A DNA stretch of 64,000 bases from Syncephalis fuscata S228 (Eukaryota; Fungi; Zoopagomycota). Positions 54,563 through 64,000 of the stretch are shown here, piece after piece. The number at the start of each line of letters is the position of its first letter. Positions within the stretch are counted from its first letter, which is position 1. The position numbers and the translations under genes are program-made. Where the stretch lies: positions 248,001-312,000 of the forward strand of contig JAHLTZ010000012.1 in NCBI GenBank assembly GCA_025786725.1, written 5' to 3'. The notes beneath the pieces are model-generated. The model had not been told where the DNA came from, ran no database searches, and was given only the letters and a program-made list of their open reading frames with translations.

Positions 54563-55448
54563 TTATTTGGATTGAATATATTCACTACGGATAGATAGAC
54601 CCACTGATGGGCCGATAAGACTAAGCCATGAAGCTATATATCGATTCAAGGGTAGACATGTCTGTTCGGTAACTGTACGCATTAAATCTGCACTGCCACA
54701 TGGATGTAGTTGATAGGAGGCTAGACCGCTAATGGCATAATCGCTATGAGTATATATCCTTGTTGGATATTAGTTTGCATTGAAGCTAGTTCCGCATTGA
54801 AGAATGGTGCCATTGCAGTCAAGTCAATAGGTGTGCCATCTATATAATTATATCAATTAATACAGGAATATACTATACTACAATATTATTATTGTATGTA
54901 ATTACTTACCTGCATGCCAACCGTGAAAATAAATGCCTGGTAAACGATAACTTGGCAAGTAAACAATATGATACTCCCAGGTAATCCACTCATTGTAATG
55001 GCCATTATTCTATTAATGAATTCAAGTTATTGCTCGTATTTATCGTTTGTCTATTTAAACTTGCATTGCTAGTGTTAATTACTGCTGCATCGTCATATTC
55101 ATCCTCTATCTTTATTATCATTATAAATTAGATACTATATTATTAAATACTACAAGACTAACTGTAACATCATCACGATTGTTTCTTGTTCGGAAACCGA
55201 TAACAAAACTTGTTGTACTTGGCGTAGTTTCAGATGGATACGTGTCGTATATACCGTCTATTAACAACATAAAAATTGGTACTTGTTTCAGTGCTGTATT
55301 TGTTATTATTGTTGCTATTATTATTATTATTACCTTTTCTTCTACAAGTTGCCATAGCTCGCCAAGTTCGGTAGCTCTATCGACAAAGTAACAGCAGCTA
55401 GATGAAACTCGTCACGGCTGAGAAATGGATATTCTTTTGGTGCTGCAT
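54563..55448 (-). CDS. ATG10: Autophagy E2-like conjugating enzyme Atg10 (not visible as one ORF; introns plus frameshifts)
   Basis: YPFLSRDEF; WEYHIVYLPSYRLPGIYFHGWHADGTP; YQLHPCGSADLM (catalytic HPC); YIASWLSLIGPSVGLSI. Confidence 0.85.
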
Positions 55449-55583
55449 TGCTAACAACACTTGCCAAATAGCTAGTCCACAAATTGAAACAAGAAAAAAT
55501 AGGATGACGTTTTGATGGGACAGCCAAGAAGAGACGCTCGTTTTCTCTTTTATGTTTGTTGCTAGTTGTAATCTTGCTTCAGT

Positions 55584-56245
55584 ATGTCGCTTCAATCGGA
55601 ATTCCATCTAACTACCGATACTGCTACGGCGGCCGATGTCTCTCGTCGGCCTGATCGTCTTGCCCTCGTAGATCTTACGATTAATAACGTGGGACAGCTT
55701 CGTTGTCTTAATCGTGTTCTATTTCCCATTCAGTATCCAGATAGCTTCTACGAGGCGGCACCCGACAATGATTGGTACAAACTAGGTATGTTGATCGCTT
55801 GCGTTGATCAATCAACGGCACACTAATGGGATGGCAATCACTAGGCTTTTTCAATGATGTTTGTGTTGCAGCCGTGTGCTGTCGAAAGGAGCCACATCCA
55901 ACAAAACCGAAAATGCATCGTGTGTATTTGATGACGCTTGGTGTACTTGCTCCTTATCGCCGACTTGGTATGGGTAGGTGGTTGGTTATAGTAGGATGGA
56001 GGTAGTTCATAAAACTATACCTAACTATTGTGGCAATGATAGGTGCCAAAATGCTAGAATATGCACTAGAGCAATGCCAGCAAGATTCAAGCGTTTCTGA
56101 GATTTATTTGCACGTACAAGAAGGCAACGATGACGCGCTTAATTTCTACAAAAAGCGTCAGTTCACGATTACAGAGTCAGTGACTGGCTACTACACTCAA
56201 ATCCAACCGGACACAGCGTATATTCTAACCAAGTCATTTGAGTGA
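55584..56245 (+). CDS. NAA50: N-terminal acetyltransferase Naa50/San (GNAT), 3 exons
   Basis: LTINNVGQLRCLNRVLFPIQYPDSFY; YLMTLGVLAPYRRLGMG; IYLHVQEGNDDALNFYKK. Confidence 0.93.
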
Positions 56246-57082
56246 TTATGGCTAGAAAAGATTTAGTATGAAGCTCAAGTGCACATTCATTTATTAAACG
56301 GAAAACGCGCTTTCTACTATTCTGGCCATCTATAAATACTGCGCGTAACAGTGGGATTATTTCTATTATGATAGATCAAAGGTTATATTTGTTTGATTTC
56401 AAATTAAGTTAACAGATTGATGATATTTAGTATTGAAAGTATACTAGCATCTACAAGCATAGTAGCAAGTAATAGTTAGCAAGTACACTAGACTGATAAT
56501 TGTATATGAACTACTATACTATTTGATTAAACTTATTATTATATTGCTTATATATAAGTATCGTATAATGGTGATTGAATTATTGGTACAACCAATTGTA
56601 GATTTATAATAAAGTGGGAAAGACAATATTTAGTTGGAATTATTATATTAGTAAAACGACAGTTGATGTGTAGCACAATATTTAAAAATAAACCTTTAGC
56701 CAAATTCGTCATATTCTTGACAACGAACAACAAATATGTTATACATTGGTGGTACAGCTTAATTCAAGTTTCGTTTAGCTTGAACGCAATGAGGCGTGTG
56801 TATATCATGGCTGTACAAGCTGTTTAGTTTTACAAAAAAATCGCTATTAGTTTGCGCTTTTGATCTTTGTTTCAACTTATAAAGTATAAAATATCTTCTG
56901 ATCCCTTGAAAACTTTCACAAGTTAATGGCTAGCTAGTCTTTGTTTATAGACGTCATCATACAATTAGTTCGTCATTTTTTAATGTACAAGCAAAGGCCA
57001 ATTTTCAGCTTCTTTGTTTAAATATAACATGGGTATTATGAACATTTGTTAATTGTCGCCACTTTTATCGTTACTTTACAAT

Positions 57083-59004
57083 ATGCATCAATTAACTGCC
57101 ATCTGGATACATTCAGTTTTCTGCATAGTGTTATTAGCGCAACTAACAACACTAGTCAGCGGAAAGCTCACTATCACTGACAAAAATGGCAAAAATAACA
57201 CTTATGATACACTTGATTATTTTCTTCTTCCACAGTCTTACTATCAGGACAGTGGGTATTTGCTAGCATGGAGATTTAAAATCGATGAAGCTTCAAGCTG
57301 CGTTCCAATGTCTGTTAATAAATCTAGTAACTATATTAAAGAAACAGTGAAAAAGGCAAATAAATATCCAAATTTGGCTTTAGTTATGAGCGCTAGTGAT
57401 TTCATTAAGGCTGGTTGCAAAACAAAACAACAAGTAAGACGAGCGAGTATACTCAATGTCGTCGTTAGCTAATAGATAGTGTCTAGGTGAACAATGCAGT
57501 CAAAAATATTACAGAGCAGTTGGAATCGGCCAATTTTCCTCCCATTAAACAGTTTATACTTTCTATGTTTCCTTCCTATGTTCAATGGAACTTTGATTTT
57601 ATGACTTATAGCCGAGAAGAACTATTTAAAGACCTGGCCTCTTCTTCATCAATGAGGTTTGCTATACTTGATGCAGACGAGAACCAATTAGCAAACGACA
57701 TTTTGTATTATGCACATGTCGATTATCCATATACTATAGAAGAAGGTAACAAAATATAATGTAAAAACTATAAATATCTGTTGTTAAGTGTTTTATAGAT
57801 CCTGGATTGAACACGATATTTTTAGCGCCTGGATTCTTAGCCTACAAATGGATTTACTTTATTTTAGTATGTACTTGACTATTTGTATCATCGCTAACCA
57901 TATATATATATATATATGTATATAGCTTTTAATTGCTCTAGTGTATGCCATTGTTCGTGCAATAATGCTAGCTAAGCTAAATAGGCTTAAAAAAGATCTT
58001 CTTGGTATATCATTTATTATTACTATTGCTTACTGCGTTTGTAAGCTACTATATAATGATTAATAATGCTTAGCCATTGACCATTGCTTTCCTAGTCTTT
58101 TTAATCCATCTGGCCAAGTTAATTGATTCATTTTCTCAGCAAAGTGCCGCTTATAGCTTTTTATCTAAAATCCTTTTTGATCTAATACTTTGGCATTGGT
58201 ATGTGTTAGTAATCATAATACCTTTCTTTGTTAACAGCATTTGTAGGTCAATCGTTGGTAAAAACTTATTTTCACGCAAATCTGTCATTTGTCTTCGAGT
58301 TATCATTTTGTTTGATTTTGCTGTAAATCTTTATGTGTTAATAGCCCGATTGATGGCCTACAGTAATGAGTATGGTAGCTTTACTGCAGTTTTATATCTT
58401 GTAAGAGCCACACGCTACTGCATGTCAGTAGCCATCTATGCTTGTATTGCTATTTTTGGTGGATTTAGTAAGTTAGTTCGTTAGAACTGTCAAATAACTA
58501 ATTAATATTAAAATACACTTATAGCCATTTGGTTTGGCGTTAATGCCCATAGACTACGTAGACATAAAGAAGGCAGTCATCGGTTTATTGAGGTAAGTAG
58601 CATTACAGTAGCTATAACTAAGTATTAAGTACTCTGCCATATACTTAGCTGGCATGTTTTACTGGACTGGGTTGTTTAACCTATATCATTATTGCTTGGT
58701 ATTTCATATACTTTTTTGAACTGGTGGCTCTCCTACACCGCCTCGCGTTGCCGTTATCGAAGGTGTTTATGATACAGCCTATTTGATCCGTGCATTTGTC
58801 TTCCTAGCAGCATTTGGTGTACGTTGGCCGGGCCAAGAAAAAAAGACCGAGCAGCACACGCCGCTTAGTGGCCTGACCACCATTGGACACGAAAAGGCTA
58901 CCGATGACGATGATAACAATGACCACCACCAGCCTTTACATCGAAGGCTAACGCGTAAATTTACAAAAATGGCTCAACGATACAATTATCGTGCATATGA
59001 TTAA
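57083..59004 (+). CDS. Lineage-specific multi-pass (about 6-7 TM) membrane protein with signal peptide and ~220 aa ectodomain
   Basis: Hydrophobic N-terminus; spliced exons; successive hydrophobic segments at 57830-58820; polar cytosolic tail. Confidence 0.7.
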
Positions 59005-59080
59005 CAATACAACAAATAGTTAATAAAATCTAGCAAACCCATTAATAGCTTCATTATTTCACAAAAATTTAATAAATAGC

Positions 59081-59638
59081 CTAGTTCATTAATAAAAAAC
59101 AAATTACTAACAGGATGCCATTTGGGCTAATTGATCCGCTGCTGCTGCTAAATCAAGCTCTAATTGCTTGGCTGCCTCTTCTTCGATACGTTTTCTATCC
59201 TCAATCGCCTTCTCCTCCGCCTCCAACTACGCAAATATAAAACTGGTTAGTTTTTGTTGTGTGTGGCAACATAGGCTGGCATATTTCTGGCCGTAATGGG
59301 ACCAGTAAATAGCAGTGCTGTTGTTGTTAACTCACCTTATCGGCTTGTTCTTGCCGACCAAACGCCAATTCTCTTGTTACTTGCGTCAAACGACGGTCCA
59401 GGGCTTCAAGCAACTCGGCGTCTGCCTGCTTCTTTCCTTGCTGCGAGCGCCGCTTGTTAAAAGCGTTGCGCTTTCCGCCGCCATTAAATAGTGTAGCCAA
59501 GTCATTACCAAACAAATCGCCGCTTGGCGAGCTGTTGGGTGTGCGTGTAGGCTCGACAACCCGACGGCCCAGGCCGCTAATTGGCCAGGCACTTGTCGTC
59601 GGCGGTTTACTTGGCCGTGTTCTAGCAAAACGAGGCAT
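59081..59638 (-). CDS. Small basic/coiled-coil hypothetical protein, 2 exons
   Basis: MPRFARTRPSKP..QADK|LEAEEKAIEDRKRIEEEAAKQLE joined via a GTGAGT..TAG intron; stop position uncertain. Confidence 0.6.
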
Positions 59639-59805
59639 AATAGGACGGTGAGGATGGTGTAGTATTGATGCTTAGAAAGAAAAAGGTAAGTAAAGAATTA
59701 ATTTAAAAAAAGTGCGAAAAACTCGATTGCAGTCCCCTCGAACTCTTTCTACTACACACAAAAGTGCCCATGCTTACAAGGTTCATGGTTTATTAAATTG
59801 GCAAG

Positions 59806-60697
59806 TCAATAGGAAGGAACAGCAGCGGGATCTATATTCATTGAACGCATACGGACAGCGATTTCAAACAGGTAGTCATAACACTCGCACATACACTTTG
59901 CCTGTTCCCAAGTATCTAATAGACACCAAATGAATAACAAGTAGCTATAAGCTCTTTTTACTTACCTCCCCACACATAAACACCATGGCGACGCACCAAT
60001 ACAGCACAAGCATCAGGGTACTTTTCCATAGCCTAGTTATATTCATTAGCATATCACAATAAACTATATATATATATATATTATTGAATATTTACCAATG
60101 CCATACTCTCTTGCAAGTCTTCTTCAAAACACGTATTTTCTACAATTGGCACCACTAGCTGTTCATCAAAGCGCAACGAGCGTTTCTCCGATGCCTTACG
60201 AATACCTTTAATCATTTCCTGGTGCGTAATAACGAATTTATCGTCATTTGTCGTTAGCGTGGCCATAACGGCATGCTGGGAATGCGTATGAATACAAGCA
60301 CCAGCATTACGCATTCGATATGCGTTATAGAATAAGGGTGTGCACGCCGATGGCTTATATGGCTTTGTAGGAAAGCGCAGAGGCGGTGCCGGATAAGGCT
60401 GATATGGCAGAACAAAAAGATCCTCTGGCTTTATACGCTCCTTTTGCACGCCTATATACAATGTTAGGAATAGCTGTTTGTAAGTGAATTCGGTCTACTA
60501 GAAAACACGCTACCTGAAGGTGCAATATAGACGAGTTCATTATGACGAATACTAATACCGCCACCCGTGCCAGTGACCCAGCCTAACTGGTAGAATAAAC
60601 GACATAGTTCTGGAATGAGATTAGCCGGGTGGTGTACGTCGGACGAGGTCACAAGCTCAGCGTTTGTATTCTTTATGGCTTGTTCTTGTTGCTCCAT
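59806..60697 (-). CDS. MDE1: Methylthioribulose-1-phosphate dehydratase (MtnB/APIP, methionine salvage)
   Basis: [28 protein letters not shown]; APSGVQKER; SACTPLF; GACIHTHS; [12 protein letters not shown]; ECYDYLF. Confidence 0.96.
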
Positions 60698-62239
60698 AGC
60701 TATTTTATTGAAAGGGTGTACTGAATACGCAAGAAGCAAATAAAAACTAAGGGAAAAGCTGCAAAGGTGTACGTGTACAGCTATTTCCCATGTGAGATTA
60801 AAATAGCCGACATGTGTCAATACTAACAATTCAATTAATTAATAGCATTGCGTTTGATATTATTACAATGCCAATGCTAGAAATTGTAATCGATAACTAA
60901 GCAACCAATAAAGAGAAAGGTAACGTAGATTATCTAATTATAATTGTATCGATTCAATAAAGTATAAGATTAATATTAGCAGCACTCTTATTTTAAATAA
61001 AACTATAATCAGTTATTCGTACAAAAGTCTCAACTGTTTAATTCTAATAATTCATGCTATATCAAAGATTAATGGTAGGAATATGTATGGGTGTGTGTTA
61101 TGTACAAAAGTTTTTAATCAAGATAACCAGCTATTATATAGGTTATGCGTTCATCTAGAATACTGACAATACTACAAATTGAACGTAAGTAACATTTGCT
61201 AGATGCACATAGCTCTATATTTGTCATGACTAAAATGACAATGCAGTTTAATAAATATTGGATATTATGTGGCAATTCAAGCGTAGCAATAATCATTACT
61301 AACTACTGGCTCACCCAATTGTAGCTAGAGTGCAAAGCCAAATGCATATAAATACTACATTATATTGCAACTAAATAACATATTGCCATATGTTGATGCA
61401 CTATTAAAAGATTGTAATATAGCAGTTAGTCTACGCCACGTTGTAATCAGCCGTCGAAATACCATCCAACTTCAATCACTAGGCCGAACATTATTCAATT
61501 TTTTATTTCGTACATCCTGCAACTTTCATCTTGCATAATATTTGAGACTAGCATTACTGTGGTTCATTTAACAATAATCGCAAGTAAATAGTTGGTAATA
61601 CTTAATACATCCACCCAAATGCTTTACATATCTCATCGATCTAGTGTTTAATGGTAGTATTCGGCAAGTTGGACATTACTACACATCTTCAGGACATGCT
61701 AAAGTGAGTGGAAACTAATATATAACCATTCATAACATGTTGTAACATGAAATGAGATTACCATACAACTTTATTAGACGCTGTTTATCTACGACGACAG
61801 ATGGTACATTACAGCATGCAGGTATGGCACAGAAACAATTATTGTCAATTAATAAAAACATGTATATGGTTGGATATAGTCAGTATTATTACAATCCCAG
61901 TTCCATGTTCAATTAAATAGATATTATTGAATTTGGCTATTTAGCCACCAAATCACAATAAATGTAATAATATAACACAGTTATTATACGTGGCAGTTAA
62001 ATTCATTATAGATCAAAAATAACATTAATACATTTGGAAAATTGTAGCAGTAATCTATTAATTTAAATAAATATGTATGGTATTTTTATTATCAATCTAT
62101 AAGACAATTCAATTTGATTATTAATATGGCAATAGTTTAATGCCACATTTGTCTTCTAGAGTGCAAAGCCCATTCCGATATGCATAAATGACCATGACGT
62201 AGTCAAAACAGGATAATTGTACTCACTTTACTTTGTTCT

Positions 62240-64000
62240 ATGATAGGCCTCGCCGCTTTTCGTCGTCAGCATCCGTTGGCTGCAGCAACCTATTTGAATA
62301 GCGCGCCTTCTCGTCTGTTCTCAAGAGGCTTGGTTATACTTCCCTTACTACAACACCGCTCTAACCACTCATCTCCCACATTGATCAAGCCGTACGGTAC
62401 ACCTTTCAAAATGACTGTAACTACCTGGACCTATCCCACTGTACGTCGCGATGAATCTGTGAAGGAGACGCTGCACGGCAATGAGGTGGCCGATCCTTAT
62501 CGTTGGCTTGAAGAGCCGGATAGCGAGGAGACAAAGGTTAGCCGGCATAGATAGCGTGCTATTTGCTACTTACTACGCATTGATAGGCATTTGTCGACGC
62601 AGAGAATGCAGTGACAACAGCCTATTTAAACCGCTGTCAAGAACGAGAGGCGTATAAGAATGCGTAAGCTAAATAAGCTATAAGTAACTTGCCACTAATA
62701 ATTATAATAAATATATTAGACTCACTAAAGTATATGATTACGAAAAGATGGGCACGCCTTTTAAACATGGCGACCACTATTATGTATTTCATAACAGCGG
62801 ATTACAAGCACAAAGCATTCTTTACCAACAGAAATCGGTCGATGGCGAGCGAACTGTATTCTTTGATCCAAACACATTGGAGAAAGACGGCACGGCTGCG
62901 CTTAGCACTTATTCATTCTCTGAATCTGGCAAGCTATTTGGCTATGCAATCAGCCGAAGTGGTAGTGATTGGGTCACCATACATGTGCGTTGTGCTGAAG
63001 ATGGCCCACAAGGCAAAGCTGGTGAAGATTTGGTCGATGAAATTCAATGGGCCAAGTTTACTGGTGTTGTTTGGTCGCATGATGAGCTTGGTTTTTTTTA
63101 CTTGGTAAGTATTAGCGATAGCCATACAATTAATACAGCATTTATTTATCAATGCATTAGCGCTATCCCGAGCCAAACGTTGGCAAAGATAAAGCAGGCA
63201 CTGAGACGGGAAGCAATCAGAACGCCACAACTTATTATCATCGTCTTGGTACACCACAATCAGAAGATCAGATAATTACTGCATTGCCGGAATTCCCCGA
63301 TCAAATGCCGCATGCTGTTATCACCGATGATGGTCGTTGGCTATTAATGTCTATTTCAGAGAGCTGTGACCCAGTTAACAAACTCTGGTTTGCTCGTTTG
63401 GATGAAGGTGGACGAGTACCCCAACAGCTAACATTTAACAAGGTTGTTGATAACTTTGATGCTCGTTATAGCTAGTAAGTGGAATAGTAGTAATGATTAA
63501 TATTAATTGATAAATAAAATGACTGACTAATTAACTAATTTACTAGTATTACTAATGATGGAGACCGTTTCTATCTTATTACAAATGCTAATGCACCTCG
63601 TTACAAAGTTGTCACGTATGATCTTGCCGCTCCAGAACAAGGATTTGTTGACCTTATTCCTCAACACGAAAAGGATGTTTTAGAAACGGCAGAAGTTGTG
63701 GCTGGCAACCATCTTTGTCTTCATTACTTGAAGGATGTTAAGACAGCGTTGTACATTCACCGACTCGAAACTGGTGAAAAGATTTGCGATATACCCATTC
63801 CTATTGGTACAATTGTTGAGTCGGCTGGTCGCCGTAAAGATCAAGAATATTTCTTTAAATTTTTATCTTACTTGAATCCAGGTGTCATTTATCGCTACGA
63901 CTTTACGACTAATGCTCTGTCGACCTTTTACAAGACATCATTAACCGGATTTGACGGCGACGAATTTGAAACACGTGAAGTGTTTGTTAAAAGTAAAGAT
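62240..64000 (+). CDS. Prolyl oligopeptidase (S9A), N-terminal/beta-propeller part, truncated by window end
   Basis: [30 protein letters not shown]; NSGLQAQS; [12 protein letters not shown]; SGSDW; WAKFTG; second ATG at 62411. Confidence 0.95.

Noticed and set aside
54754-54762. ATATCCTTG as an AT-AC U12 donor
   Set aside because: It lies on the non-coding strand of ATG10; there is no plus-strand gene there.
1-64000. tRNA, rRNA or snoRNA genes
   Set aside because: None recognised by eye; tRNAscan-SE or Infernal would be needed to exclude them.

Overview
Eukaryotic, intron-rich, AT-rich genomic DNA with short GT-AG introns and CTAAC/CTAAT branch points. The gene content (velvet, Atg10, presenilin, a Vpr-like S8 subtilisin, a likely U12 intron) points to an early-diverging fungus; Zoopagomycota/Syncephalis-like is an inference only. 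Two compact, mostly housekeeping blocks are present. About 1-21.6 kb holds velvet, NCS1, YIP1, TAF5, a UBZ protein, MRM1, FAD1, an SRSF10-like gene, an omega-like GST and an acyl-CoA synthetase. About 51.6-64 kb holds a MYND-presenilin, ATG10, NAA50, a multi-TM protein, MDE1 and a prolyl oligopeptidase. Between them lies a ~29 kb accessory region with three related PB1-like-domain genes (one also PX-like), AT-rich relic repeats, and a near-identical 2.37 kb inverted repeat enclosing an intronless secreted subtilisin. The main highlights are a U12-type (minor spliceosome) intron at the SRSF10-homologous position carrying candidate poison-exon signals, a MYND zinc finger fused to presenilin, the IR-flanked protease cassette, and the PX/PB1 family. 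Many genes carry 1-nt deletions, often in homopolymers, which are probably assembly errors. All gene models were spliced by eye, so boundaries are approximate.
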